From positions 12,146 through 76,145 of the forward strand of contig CAWHGL010000004.1 of assembly GCA_963828965.1 (NCBI GenBank): 64,000 nt of DNA. Reading direction: 5' to 3'. Shown here piece by piece: positions 9,908 through 20,801 of the stretch. Source of the stretch: an uncultured Chloroflexia bacterium. Its GTDB lineage: Bacteria; Chloroflexota; Limnocylindria; Limnocylindrales; CSP1-4. Position 1 is the stretch's first letter. Each line of letters starts with the position of its first letter. Under the pieces are notes generated by a model. It was not told where the DNA came from. It saw only the letters and a list, made by a program, of their open reading frames with translations, and searched no databases. A program made the position numbers and the translations under genes.

Positions 9908-10155
9908 TGCTGTCCCGGTGAAGGAGTCCGTTTGACCGGACACTTCTGCCACGCGTCAAGAGCATCTATCACGTCGGCTGCACCGACTACCCTGACCCTA
10001 CCTACCCATGACCTTGACGCTGGGGCAGCTTGGCTGACTGAGCAGCATCGATATCCTACCTTGGCGGGGGCCGTTTTCCAAGGGTTTTGGCATACGGAAC
10101 GGTGTAAATTCCTTAACCTTCCCGTTCGCCGAGGCCGCTGAACGGTTTCGAGCCC

Positions 10156-10647
10156 TCAGTCGGCGTGGATCGTGACCGCGGTCATCGCCACCGGATCGTC
10201 GGGTAGATCGCGGCTATTGCGCGGGGCGGACACGATCTGGTCGACCACGTCGAGGCCCTTGGTGACCTGCCCGAAGAGCGTGTAGTTCTTCGGCAGCTTG
10301 CCGGTCAGATCGTCCGTGCAGATGAAGAACTGGCTGCCGTTGGTGTTCGGCCCGGCGTTGGCCATCGCCAGGGCGCCGCGCTGGTAGTCGCCCTTGATCG
10401 GCTCGTCCTCGAACTTGTAGCCGGGCCCGCCCGTCCCGACGCGCCCGGCCTCGAGTGCGGATTTCTTGCCGTATTGGCCGTCGCCCGCCTGGATGACGAA
10501 GCCCGGGATGACGCGGTGGAAGATGACGTCGTCATAGAAGCCCTTATTGGCGAGCGCGATGAAGTTCGCGGTCGCCTTGGGCGCGCTTTCGTCGAAGAGC
10601 TCGATCTCGATGTCGCCCTTCTCGGTGGCGATGGTGGCGCGGGTCAT
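10156..10647 (-). CDS. ppiB: Peptidyl-prolyl cis-trans isomerase, cyclophilin type (cytosolic).
   Basis: 163 aa with FHRVIPGFVIQAGD and GSQFFI cyclophilin motifs. Confidence 0.9.
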   Translation of the reverse strand: MTRATIATEKGDIEIELFDESAPKATANFIALANKGFYDDVIFHRVIPGFVIQAGDGQYGKKSALEAGRVGTGGPGYKFEDEPIKGDYQRGALAMANAGPNTNGSQFFICTDDLTGKLPKNYTLFGQVTKGLDVVDQIVSAPRNSRDLPDDPVAMTAVTIHAD

Positions 10648-10665
10648 GGGCAGGACTCCTCTGGC

Positions 10666-11328
10666 TCAGGGGTTGGCGACGGTGACGCTGGTCATGATCA
10701 CGGGATCGGCCGGGAGCTCCTTGCCCTTGGCCTCGACGACGATCTTGTCCGCCGTCTCCATGCCGGACGTCACCGATCCGATGATCTGGTAGGTGTTGTA
10801 GTAGCTGAGGGCGTCGGTGGCCTTCTCGCTCAGGACGATGAAGAACTGCGAGCCGACCGAGTCCGGATCGGCAGTCCGGGCCATGGCCACGGTCCCGCGG
10901 CCGTAGGTGCCGCTCACCGCCTCGTCCTTGATCGTGTACCCGGGACCACCCGTCCCGGTCCCGGTCGGATCGCCGCCCTGGATCACGAACTCGGGCACGA
11001 CCCGATGGAACGGTACGCCGTCGTAGTACCCGCAGCTTGCGAGGGCGACGAAGTTGCCGGCCGCGATCGGGCTCAGGTCGGCCTCGATCTTGAGCTCCAT
11101 GGATCCGAGGTCCGTCTCGATCGTGACCGTCCGGGTCTCGCCGGCGGGCAGCGGATCGGGCTGCGCGGTCGGGCAGGGCGCCGCGGACGCGGATGCGGCC
11201 GCAGCGGCCGACGCCGAAGCCGGTGCCTCCGAAGCGGCGCCACCCGTGGACGTGCACGCGGCGAGTGCGGCGACGACGAGCAGGCTTGCCAGCGGCAGGC
11301 ACAGGCGATGGGGGAGTGTGGGGGTCAT
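10666..11328 (-). CDS. Secreted/lipoprotein cyclophilin-type peptidyl-prolyl isomerase.
   Basis: Signal peptide with lipobox LAACTS, then FHRVVPEFVIQGGDP and SQFFIV motifs. Confidence 0.85.
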   Translation of the reverse strand: MTPTLPHRLCLPLASLLVVAALAACTSTGGAASEAPASASAAAAASASAAPCPTAQPDPLPAGETRTVTIETDLGSMELKIEADLSPIAAGNFVALASCGYYDGVPFHRVVPEFVIQGGDPTGTGTGGPGYTIKDEAVSGTYGRGTVAMARTADPDSVGSQFFIVLSEKATDALSYYNTYQIIGSVTSGMETADKIVVEAKGKELPADPVIMTSVTVANP

Positions 11329-12026
11329 GCGGCGGCCTCCAGGGCTGCGGGAAGATCGATGGCACCGGAGAGCAGGGCTTCTCCGAGGATGACGCCGGCG
11401 ACGCCGGTCTCGCGCACGCGGCGCAGACCGTCGAGGTCACGGACCCCGCCGGCGACGAGGATCTCGGCATCGTACGACCGAACGAGCGAACGCACCCGCT
11501 CGTGGTCCGGCGAGGTGCCGCCATGGGTCAGGACTAGTCGCCGGACCCCGGCCCCCACGAGCTCCTCGACGAGGCCTTCGACGGTCGGTGGCGTGGCCCG
11601 CCGCCACGGGAACGCGGCCAGCCGCTCGGGCCGCGGGTCGAGCCCGACCGCGAGCCAGTCGCCGGCCACGGCCAGGCAGGCCCGCAGGTCGTCGGGGCGG
11701 TCGGCGATCGCCGTCGTGAGCACCACCCGCGTCGCGCCCGCGGCGAAGGCCAGCTGGATCGCCTCGGGCGTGTCGACACCGCCGGCGAGCTGGAGCGGGA
11801 CGGCGCTGCGCGACGCGATGGCTCCGACCGCGTCGAGGTTCGCCGGGGCGCCGCTCACCGCCCCATCGAAGTCGACGAGGTGGATGAGCCGCGCGCCATG
11901 GGCCACGAACTGCTCGGCGATGCGCTCAGGCCGGTCCGTCGGGGCACCGACCCCGGTCGACGCGCCCGGCCAGTAGACGACCCGCGAGCGCCCGCCCGCG
12001 AGGTCGATGGCCGGGATGACCTGCAT
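11325..12026 (-). CDS. HisA/HisF-fold (beta/alpha)8 barrel protein, a phosphoribosyl isomerase-like paralogue.
   Basis: MQVIPAIDLAGG start and a C-terminal GVAGVILGEALLSG, both matching HisA/PriA. Start is the ATG at 12024-12026. Its stop overlaps the next gene's start (ATGA). Confidence 0.65.
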   Translation of the reverse strand: MQVIPAIDLAGGRSRVVYWPGASTGVGAPTDRPERIAEQFVAHGARLIHLVDFDGAVSGAPANLDAVGAIASRSAVPLQLAGGVDTPEAIQLAFAAGATRVVLTTAIADRPDDLRACLAVAGDWLAVGLDPRPERLAAFPWRRATPPTVEGLVEELVGAGVRRLVLTHGGTSPDHERVRSLVRSYDAEILVAGGVRDLDGLRRVRETGVAGVILGEALLSGAIDLPAALEAAA

Positions 12027-12031
12027 CGACG

Positions 12032-13714
12032 TCACTGCCCCTCGCCGGCCAGCAGGCGTCGGTGGAAGCTGATGGGCAGCGAGCCGTTGTGCATCAGGGC
12101 GTCGTGGAAGCCCTTGAGCGAGAACCCATCGCCAAGCCGGCGCTGCTCGTCCGCTCGGAGCTGGAGCAGCAGCGTCCGGCCCAGCAGGTAGCTGAGCGGG
12201 TAGGTCGGCCGGTACGTGTACCACTGGACCTCGGCCCGGGCGTTGGCGCCCTCGAAGCTCGTGTGCTCGACGAGGAAGTCGGTCGCCTCCTCGACGGTCA
12301 GCTCGCCGCGATGCATCCGGACGTCGAGGATGATCCGGCAGGCCCGCCAGATCGCATCGGTGTGCATCACGACCCGAAAGCTCGGGTCGTCGTCGAAGCC
12401 GTGCTCGCGCATGAGCAGCTCCGAGTACATGCCCCAGCCCTCGACGAATTCGGGTGCGTCGGTCATGACCCGGGTGAGCGATGGGTGGCGCCGGCCGGCA
12501 TCGAGCTGCAGGTGGTGACCGGGGTACGCCTCGTGGATGCTCGTGTTGCTGATCGACGCGAGGTTGTGCTCGCGCATCGCGTGCGGGTCGTGGCCGACCG
12601 CCGGGGTGACGATGTAGATGCCCTTGGGATCCGGGTCGAAGTTGGCCGGCGAGAAGTAGGCCGCGAACGGGATGACGTTGCGCAGGTACTCGGGCGTGGC
12701 GATGACCTCGATGCGCTCGTCGTCCGGGACCGTGATCAGGTCGTGCTCGATGAGGTGCGCGCGCGAGCGGAACATGGCATCGCGATAGGCCACGAGGGCG
12801 GCCTCGAAGTCCGCCGGCTGATCGTCCTTGATGCGATCGACGACCGCCGTCTCGGGCGCGTCCGGGTCGATCTCGCGGGCCGCCGCGATCCGGGCCACCT
12901 TCTCCTCGGCGAGTCGCTGCCAGCCGAGCTCGAGGATCGCGTCGGCGTCGAGGCCGTCGAAGGCGCGATGCGCGACCAGGGCGTCGTGGCGCTCGCGACC
13001 GATCGCCCAGGCGTCGGTGCCGTCGGCGAGGGTCCCCTCCAGCCAGGTGCCATATAGCTCCACGGCGACCTCGGCCGCCGCGATCGCCCGGTCGAGCCGG
13101 CGACGCTCCGGGGCCGCGAGGACGCCGTCGGCGGCGGCGGCGATCTCGGCGAGGAACAGCGGCAGCTCCGCCGCTGTCTCGATCTCGACGCCCTGCCACA
13201 ACCGGACCTGCGGCACGGTCGCCCGGGTCTTGGCGCCCTCCAGGAAGTCGGGCACGGCTTCGAGCCGCCCGGTGATCGCCTCGAGCCGCTCGGCCAGCGG
13301 GGCGTGGTCGCGCGCGAACAGCAGGAACAGGCCGTCGCCGACCGTGTCGAGGGCGAAGGACCGACGCTCCCAGATGCGGATGACGTCGGCGTCGAGGATC
13401 TCGCGCCGGATGCCGTGCAGTTCGAGATCGCGCTCGAAACGGACCATCGGCGACAGCGCCGCCGGATCGAGGCCCTCGATCGCGGTCAGGTGGGCGCGAT
13501 CGGCCGCCAGCTCGCCGAGCAGCGCCTCGCGTCCCCCGTCGCCGAGCTCGTCGTCGTGGGCGTGCAGCCCGAGCGCGGTCGCCAGCACCGGGCTGGCCGC
13601 GACGCTCCGGCGGAGGCGCGTCTCGACGAGGTCGTAGAACGTGTCGTCGAGGGGGCCGGGCTGGTCGGCGGGCGCGGGCCGCGGCAGGGGATACGGGTCG
13701 AGGGGGTCGGTCAC
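12032..13714 (-). CDS. DUF885 family protein (HExxPGHH metallopeptidase-like).
   Basis: 560 aa with the HEAYPGHHLQ motif. Confidence 0.7.
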   Translation of the reverse strand: MTDPLDPYPLPRPAPADQPGPLDDTFYDLVETRLRRSVAASPVLATALGLHAHDDELGDGGREALLGELAADRAHLTAIEGLDPAALSPMVRFERDLELHGIRREILDADVIRIWERRSFALDTVGDGLFLLFARDHAPLAERLEAITGRLEAVPDFLEGAKTRATVPQVRLWQGVEIETAAELPLFLAEIAAAADGVLAAPERRRLDRAIAAAEVAVELYGTWLEGTLADGTDAWAIGRERHDALVAHRAFDGLDADAILELGWQRLAEEKVARIAAAREIDPDAPETAVVDRIKDDQPADFEAALVAYRDAMFRSRAHLIEHDLITVPDDERIEVIATPEYLRNVIPFAAYFSPANFDPDPKGIYIVTPAVGHDPHAMREHNLASISNTSIHEAYPGHHLQLDAGRRHPSLTRVMTDAPEFVEGWGMYSELLMREHGFDDDPSFRVVMHTDAIWRACRIILDVRMHRGELTVEEATDFLVEHTSFEGANARAEVQWYTYRPTYPLSYLLGRTLLLQLRADEQRRLGDGFSLKGFHDALMHNGSLPISFHRRLLAGEGQ

Positions 13715-13762
13715 TGGGTGGTCTCCTGGTGCGCGCGCGACCGGTCGGCCGCGGCGAGTGGC

Positions 13763-14887
<1,125 letters not shown>

Positions 14888-15023
14888 GGGCGCCGAGTAT
14901 AGGTCGGGGCTCGACGCTGGGCCCGAACGGGTGCGCGACCGGGCTCGCGCGCGTGCGGGAGCCGCACGTCGCTTCGACTGACAGGCGCTCCCGCCTCTGC
15001 TATAGTCCGGCCTCGCCGCAACT

Positions 15024-15100
15024 GGACCCGTGGTGTAGCGGCCCAACATGCCAGCCTGTCACGCTGGAGATCGCCGGTTCGAATCCGGTCGGGTCCGCCA
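15024..15100 (+). tRNA. tRNA-Asp, anticodon GUC.
   Basis: Folded by hand: acceptor GGACCCG/CGGGTCC, anticodon stem CCAGC/GCTGG with loop CTGTCAC, T-arm GCCGG-TTCGAAT-CCGGT, discriminator G and an encoded CCA. Confidence 0.85.
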
Positions 15101-15208
15101 ACAGCGCTTTTTCCTACGCCCCGTCCGCCCGCCCGGACGGGGCGTTCTTCATGCCCGCGACCCGTGCGTCGGCGGCGTCGGCGGTGGGTTCCGGCGCCCT
15201 CTGGCAGA

Positions 15209-16870
15209 ATGCCCGGCGTGAAGCGCGCCCCGCTCGCCATCGTCGGCGGCCTCCTCGTCCTGGCCGCCCTCGTGCCGCTGACCGGCGGGCAGCTGGGCAG
15301 CCCCGGCGCCTCGTCCCGCCCGACCGAGGGACCCGGCAGCACGACCGGCGCGAGCGGCACCAGCCAGCCCCCGGGCACGGGTGGCGGCGGCGAGGCCAGC
15401 CCGCCGTCATCCGCTGGGCCGTCAGCCACGGACACGCCGGCTACCCCACTGCCCCAGGTCCAGGCCGCGATCGTGCCGGTCACCCAGTTCCGCACGACGC
15501 GGACGGGCACGGACCTCGACGCGGTCAAGGCCGTGCTCGACGGCAGTAGCACCCGCTACGACGGCCTCGAACTCGTCGAGGGCGATGCCGACGCCATCCT
15601 CGCGGCGCTCGGGCTCGACGGCACCGAGGCGGCCGCCGACCGGCTCATCGTCGCCCCGGATGCGGCCACGCTGACCAAGGACCTCGCCAAGCACCGCAAG
15701 CGGCTGGCCTTCCTGCGGGCGGACGAGATCACGCCCGCGGTCCGTGCCCTGACCTGGGATGGGACCGCACTGTTCGGCACGAAGCGGGTCCGCGACCTCG
15801 CCGACTGGCCCCTCACGGCGACCGTGGACGCCCCGCCCGACGGGACCGTCGCGTTCGACCCGGCAGCGACGTGGACGATGGTCGCCGGCGGCGACATCCT
15901 GCTCGACCGTGGCGTCGCCCTGACGCTCAAGTCCAAGGGTGCGGGCTACGCGTTCGATGGCGGGACGGTCGACATCACCGGCCGCTGCAAGGACTGCTCG
16001 GCGTTCGGCTGGGATCTCCCGTACACGAAGCGCACCGGCAACAAGGGCGCGGTCCGGGACCTCATCGAGGGGGCCGACATCGCCGCCGCGAACTTCGAGA
16101 ACCCGGCGCCCGACCGGCCCCGGTTCCACGCGTCGGGGACGAGCTTCTCGGCCGACCCACGGCTCATCGACGGCCTGGCCGACGCCGGCATCGACTACGT
16201 CTCGCTCGCCAACAACCACATCCGCGATGCGGGTGCGGCGGGTCTGCTCCAGACCGTGAAGAACGTCACGAAGCGTGGCATCAAGGTCTCGGGCGCGGGC
16301 AAGGACCTCAAGGCGGCGCGCAAGCCGGCGATGCTCGAGGCGGCCGGGACCAAGGTCGCGATCCTCGGCTACGACGCCATCGCCAAGGGCTACCACGCGA
16401 CCGCGAACCGGGCCGGCAGCGCGGGCCTGTCCGCCAAGGCCGTCAAGGCCGACGTCGCCGCTGCGCGCAAGGCCGGGGCCGACGTGGTGGTCGTCTATCC
16501 GCATTGGGGCACCGAGTACGACCCGACCCCGTTCTCGAACCAGAAGAAGCTGGCCGAGATGATCATCGACGCCGGTGCCGACATGGTCATCGGCAACCAC
16601 GCCCACTGGGCGGGCGCGATGGAGGTCTACAAGGGCAAGCCGATCTGGTATGCCCTGGGCAACTTCGTGTTCGACCAGACCTGGTCCGAGCCGACGATGG
16701 AGGGCATCACCCTCGAGCTGACCTTCAACGGCGGGACGTTGGTCCAGGCTCGCATGCGCCCGCACCTCATCCTCGACAAGGCCCAGCCCAACTTCCTGGA
16801 CCCGGCCGGGGACGGCAAGGTGGTCATGGGTCAGGTATTCGACGCGAGCAAGGGCCTGCTGCCCTGGTGA
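15209..16870 (+). CDS. CapA family protein (poly-gamma-glutamate synthesis / metallophosphatase-like), membrane-anchored with a Ser/Thr/Gly/Pro-rich linker.
   Basis: The CapA/PGA_cap region runs VAGGDILLDRG...GNHAHWAG. Start could be 15164 or 15209. 15209 lies immediately before the TM segment. Confidence 0.7.
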   Translation: MPGVKRAPLAIVGGLLVLAALVPLTGGQLGSPGASSRPTEGPGSTTGASGTSQPPGTGGGGEASPPSSAGPSATDTPATPLPQVQAAIVPVTQFRTTRTGTDLDAVKAVLDGSSTRYDGLELVEGDADAILAALGLDGTEAAADRLIVAPDAATLTKDLAKHRKRLAFLRADEITPAVRALTWDGTALFGTKRVRDLADWPLTATVDAPPDGTVAFDPAATWTMVAGGDILLDRGVALTLKSKGAGYAFDGGTVDITGRCKDCSAFGWDLPYTKRTGNKGAVRDLIEGADIAAANFENPAPDRPRFHASGTSFSADPRLIDGLADAGIDYVSLANNHIRDAGAAGLLQTVKNVTKRGIKVSGAGKDLKAARKPAMLEAAGTKVAILGYDAIAKGYHATANRAGSAGLSAKAVKADVAAARKAGADVVVVYPHWGTEYDPTPFSNQKKLAEMIIDAGADMVIGNHAHWAGAMEVYKGKPIWYALGNFVFDQTWSEPTMEGITLELTFNGGTLVQARMRPHLILDKAQPNFLDPAGDGKVVMGQVFDASKGLLPW

Positions 16871-16913
16871 GGCGCCCGGCGCGGGTGGGTCTCGATGACC
16901 CCGCCGATCGGTC

Positions 16914-17885
16914 TCAGGCGATGCCGGCGAAGAGGTCCGACTCGGGTGGCTCGCTCGCGACCGACGACTCCGTGAGGATGTAGGCCTCCTTCGACCAGGC
17001 CGACCGCCAGCCCTCGATACCGAAGAGCATGAACGGGTTGTCGGCGCTGATCTGGGTCACGTGCTCCTGGATCGCCCGCCACTTGCGATCGAGCGGATCG
17101 CCGCTGATGTCGACCCAGGTCGTGATCGACTCGTCGGGGACGAGCATCTTGGCCATGTACGACTCGAACTCGGCGATCTGCTCGGGCGTGGCGTCCGGCG
17201 GGGGCGCCCAGAACGACGGCTTGCCGGCCGCCTCGAGCGTCTCGCGCATCGCGTCGCGCACCGACGCCGGGATGGCCTGCTCGTAGAGCTTGGACGGCGT
17301 CCACGGCGCCAGGCCGCCCTCGTCGACCGCGGGGCCGGTCCCGCCATGCTCGGGCGCGAGCTGCTCCGGGTACCACGCGGGGTCGCCGGCTCGCGGGTAC
17401 GCCCGGACGGCCACGTCGTGGACGCGGATGTGGTCGGGGTGGCCGTAGCCGCCGAAGGCGTTGTAGGTCGTGATGACGTCGGGCTGGTAGCGCCGGATGA
17501 GCCACACCAGCCGCCCGGCCGCCTCATCGAGGTCGGCTCGCCAGAACGAGCGCGGATCGTGGTTGCCGGACCGACCCATCATGTCCGAGTCGTGGTAGCC
17601 GAGGTTCTCCCACTCGGTCACCCCGAGTGCGCCCATCGCCCGCTCGAGCTCCCCGGCGCGGATCTCGCCGAGCCGGCGGTGGTTGTCGGGCGTGTCCATG
17701 TCCGGCACGACGATCTCGCCCATCTCGCCCCGCGTGCCCGTGACGAGGACGACGCGGCGCCCCTCGGCGATCGCCTTGGCCATCGTCCCGCCGGTGCCGA
17801 TCGTCTCGTCATCCGGGTGGGCGTGGACGGTCATCAGCGTGGGGACGTGGACAGGGGCAGGGGTCGGGGGTGCGGCATCAGTCAT
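16914..17885 (-). CDS. PIG-L family N-acetylglucosaminyl deacetylase, MshB/Mca-like (mycothiol pathway type).
   Basis: The HAHPDDE motif is present. The real start is an internal ATG at 17885 (MTDAAPP...), because the upstream part of the track ORF would collide with the divergent gene. Confidence 0.7.
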   Translation of the reverse strand: MTDAAPPTPAPVHVPTLMTVHAHPDDETIGTGGTMAKAIAEGRRVVLVTGTRGEMGEIVVPDMDTPDNHRRLGEIRAGELERAMGALGVTEWENLGYHDSDMMGRSGNHDPRSFWRADLDEAAGRLVWLIRRYQPDVITTYNAFGGYGHPDHIRVHDVAVRAYPRAGDPAWYPEQLAPEHGGTGPAVDEGGLAPWTPSKLYEQAIPASVRDAMRETLEAAGKPSFWAPPPDATPEQIAEFESYMAKMLVPDESITTWVDISGDPLDRKWRAIQEHVTQISADNPFMLFGIEGWRSAWSKEAYILTESSVASEPPESDLFAGIA

Positions 17886-18066
17886 GCCACGGATGCTAGC
17901 GCGCCGGCCGCGGATGGACAGGGCGCGGGTCGCTCGCCCATCCGAGCCCTGGTACTTTCGGGCCATCCCCGACCGGGACGTGCGTCGGTGCACCGGTGTC
18001 CGGCAGCACCGTCGCGCCCTCGGGGGTACCACCGGATCGGGCCCGTCGAGCGCCGTGGGTCCCACG

Positions 18067-18732
18067 ATGACGAACATGATCGAACGTGTGAGCCGCCGCA
18101 TCGTGGCGGCATTCGAGCGACCGGACGGATCGGCCGACGAGGTCGTCGAGCCGTCCGTCCCGCTCGGGCGCATCGTCGAGTTCCTGGCCTACGGCGACGA
18201 CTGCCTGCTCGTCGGCCGGCTCCGGCTGCAGGGCGACCGGCTGACCGACCAGCTCAACGAGCACGACGAGTTCGAGATCGTCGACCTTGTCGCCGAGCGG
18301 TTGTCCGATGGCCTGGCGGCCGAGAGTCCGGCGCTCCTGGTCGCCCGCCATGAGCTGCTCCTCGTCCAGGCCGCCGGGCCGCGCGGCGATCCAGAGCGTC
18401 GACACCGGACGCGCGCCTACCCCGTCGCCGTCCAGGTCGGTCCGTACCGCGTCCGCGGCCAGCTGCATGCGATGCCCGGCGTCGATCCCGAGGTCGTCAT
18501 CCACCGGCGCGCGCCGATGGTGCCCCTGACGGAGGCCTGGATCGAGCGCCAGGTGGGCACGGAATGGGACGAGTTCCGCATCGGGACCGTCGTCCTCAAC
18601 CGCGATCGGATGGACTGGGTCGTGGCCACCTGGGACGACTCGTCGCGCTGGGTCGAGCGAGAGCCGGAGCGCGAGCCCGAGCCCGAGCCCGCTCGGGCGT
18701 CCGAGCCGATCGGGTCGACCGCCGGCGGCTGA
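18067..18732 (+). CDS. Hypothetical protein (221 aa, acidic Glu/Pro-rich C-terminal tail).
   Basis: In-frame ATG (MTNMIERV...) with a genome-like GC3. No recognisable motif. Confidence 0.5.
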   Translation: MTNMIERVSRRIVAAFERPDGSADEVVEPSVPLGRIVEFLAYGDDCLLVGRLRLQGDRLTDQLNEHDEFEIVDLVAERLSDGLAAESPALLVARHELLLVQAAGPRGDPERRHRTRAYPVAVQVGPYRVRGQLHAMPGVDPEVVIHRRAPMVPLTEAWIERQVGTEWDEFRIGTVVLNRDRMDWVVATWDDSSRWVEREPEREPEPEPARASEPIGSTAGG

Positions 18733-18753
18733 CGGCCCTACCATCCGACGGGT

Positions 18754-19980
18754 ATGCCGTCGACCGTCACCGGCCCACTCGCGGGAATCCGCGTCATCGA
18801 CCTGTCCACGGTGCTGGCCGGTCCGTACTGCACGATGGTGCTCGCCGACCTCGGCGCCGACGTCCTCAAGATCGAACCCCCGGAGGGCGACGCGACCCGC
18901 GGCTGGGGTCCGCCCTGGGTCGGGGATGCGGCGGCCGGCACGCGGACCGCGGCGTACTTCCTGGCGGTCAACCGCAACAAGCGGTCCCTCCGCCTCGACC
19001 TGCGCACGGACGACGGGCGGGCCGTGTTGCGCCGGGCACTCGAGGATGCGGACGTCCTGATCGAGAACTTCCGGCCCGGCGGTCTGGCCCGCCTCGGCTT
19101 CGACGACGAGACGCTGCGCGCCATCGACCCCGACCTCATCCACCTGGCCATCAGCGGCTACGGCACCGACGGTCCGGCCGCGGGCCGGCCCGGCTACGAC
19201 TTCGTCATCCAGGCGGTCGGCGGGCTCATGTCGATCACCGGCGACGCGGATGACGAGGGCGGCGGGCCGACCAAGGTCGGGGTCGCCATCAGCGACATCG
19301 TGACCGGGCTGTTCGCGACGATCGGGATCCTGGCCGCGCTGCTCGCCCGCGACGGCGGCCGGGCGGCCGGGCAGCGCGTCGATGTCTCGCTGCTCGCCTC
19401 GACGATGGCCATCCTCGTAAATCAGGCCCAGAACGCGTTCGTCACGGGCCGGGCGCCCGGCCGGCGCGGGAACGCGCATCCCAACATCGTCCCGTACGAG
19501 TCGTTCGCGACGGCCGACGGAACGGTCGCGGTCGCCGTGGGGTCGGAGCGGCAATGGCCGCGCTTCTGCGCCGCGCTCGGCGTGCCCGAGCTCGCCACGG
19601 ATCCTCGCTTTGCCACGAACGGCGATCGCGTCGAGGCCCGGGCGATCCTCCGGCCGCTGCTCGCCGCGCGGTTCGCGACGCGCTCGAGCGCCGACTGGCT
19701 GGCGGCCCTCGAGGCGGCCGAGGTGCCGTCCGGGCCGATCACGGACGTGCTCGCCGCGTTCGCCTCCCCGGAGGCCGAGGCGCTCGGGATGTCGGTCGAG
19801 GTCGAGCACCCCGCCTTCGGGGCCCTCCGCCAGGTGGGCATCCCCATCGAGTTCGCGGCCACGCCGGGGGCCATCCGGACGGCGCCGCCACTCCTCGGCG
19901 AGCATGGCGACGCGGTGCTGGCCGAGCTCGGGTACGGGCCCGACGAGGTCGAGCGCCTCCGCGCGGCGGACGTGATCTAG
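18754..19980 (+). CDS. CoA-transferase family III protein (CaiB/BaiF).
   Basis: 408 aa with an N-terminal GIRVIDLSTVLAGPYCTMVLADLGADV Rossmann region typical of family III CoA transferases. Confidence 0.85.
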   Translation: MPSTVTGPLAGIRVIDLSTVLAGPYCTMVLADLGADVLKIEPPEGDATRGWGPPWVGDAAAGTRTAAYFLAVNRNKRSLRLDLRTDDGRAVLRRALEDADVLIENFRPGGLARLGFDDETLRAIDPDLIHLAISGYGTDGPAAGRPGYDFVIQAVGGLMSITGDADDEGGGPTKVGVAISDIVTGLFATIGILAALLARDGGRAAGQRVDVSLLASTMAILVNQAQNAFVTGRAPGRRGNAHPNIVPYESFATADGTVAVAVGSERQWPRFCAALGVPELATDPRFATNGDRVEARAILRPLLAARFATRSSADWLAALEAAEVPSGPITDVLAAFASPEAEALGMSVEVEHPAFGALRQVGIPIEFAATPGAIRTAPPLLGEHGDAVLAELGYGPDEVERLRAADVI

Positions 19981-20024
19981 GTCGTCGAGCGCCGACATCG
20001 TCGGCACTTGGCGCCCGGCGCTGA

Positions 20025-20801
20025 CTAGAGCTCGCGCCGCCGGAAGGCCGTGACCGCGCCCGCGAGGCACACCGCGATCAGCGCGATCGTCGCCACGATC
20101 GGCACCCACAGGTCCATCCCGAGGTCGCCGACCGACGCGCTCCCCGTTGCCAGGGCGGTCGCGGGACTCGTGAGTCCGGCCGGGGTGAAGCGGCCGAGAG
20201 CCGGGACCGCGGACGCGATCGACAGACCCAGCAGGCCCACGAACCCGATCCCGGCCGCGGCCCCGGTCGAGCCCGTCACGACCGAGCCGAGGAACGTGAT
20301 GGCCGCCCAGGCCGCGAGCGCCAGCCAGGCGAGACCGGCCATGGCCAGCCAGCCGGCGATCGGGGGCGGCTCGAACAGGATGGCCGTGTAGATCCAGCCG
20401 AGGGCGACGGCCACGAGCACCGCCGCGAACAGCACCAGTCCGATGGCCAGTGCCTTGGCGCCCAGGAACGCTCCGCGACCGATCGGCCGGGCCAGCAGGA
20501 ACGCCGCGGTGCCGCGCTCGAGCTCGGTGGACACCGCGCCCATCGCGAGGATGATCGCCGCGAAGGCCCCGAACTGGCCGAGGTTCTTCTGGACCTGGGC
20601 GGTCGCGTCGGCGATCGTCGGCGTTGGGATCGTCGCCACGAGCGCGTCCCCGGCCGTGGCCCGGATGATCTCTGGCAGGAATCGGGCCAGCAGCGGCGAG
20701 CTCAGGCCGACCAGCGCGAAGAGGCCGAGGACCACGGGGAGGCGGTACGTCCGCCACGACTCCAGCAGCTCCTTGCCGAGCAGGATCGACCAGGCGGTCA
20801 T
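20025..20801 (-). CDS. ABC-2 type transporter permease.
   Basis: Six predicted TM helices. The start MTAWSILLGKELLESWRTYR overlaps the ATPase stop. Confidence 0.75.
   Translation of the reverse strand: MTAWSILLGKELLESWRTYRLPVVLGLFALVGLSSPLLARFLPEIIRATAGDALVATIPTPTIADATAQVQKNLGQFGAFAAIILAMGAVSTELERGTAAFLLARPIGRGAFLGAKALAIGLVLFAAVLVAVALGWIYTAILFEPPPIAGWLAMAGLAWLALAAWAAITFLGSVVTGSTGAAAGIGFVGLLGLSIASAVPALGRFTPAGLTSPATALATGSASVGDLGMDLWVPIVATIALIAVCLAGAVTAFRRREL

Noticed and set aside
9932-10141. 69 aa plus ORF in the GC-poor island
   Set aside because: No RBS, atypical codon usage, and it overlaps a probable promoter or sRNA region.
10474-11976. 500 aa plus-strand ORF and the 624 aa ORF 11325..13199
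   Set aside because: Antisense to, or out of frame with, the cyclophilins, the HisA-like gene and DUF885. The real genes are the shorter in-frame segments with recognisable motifs.
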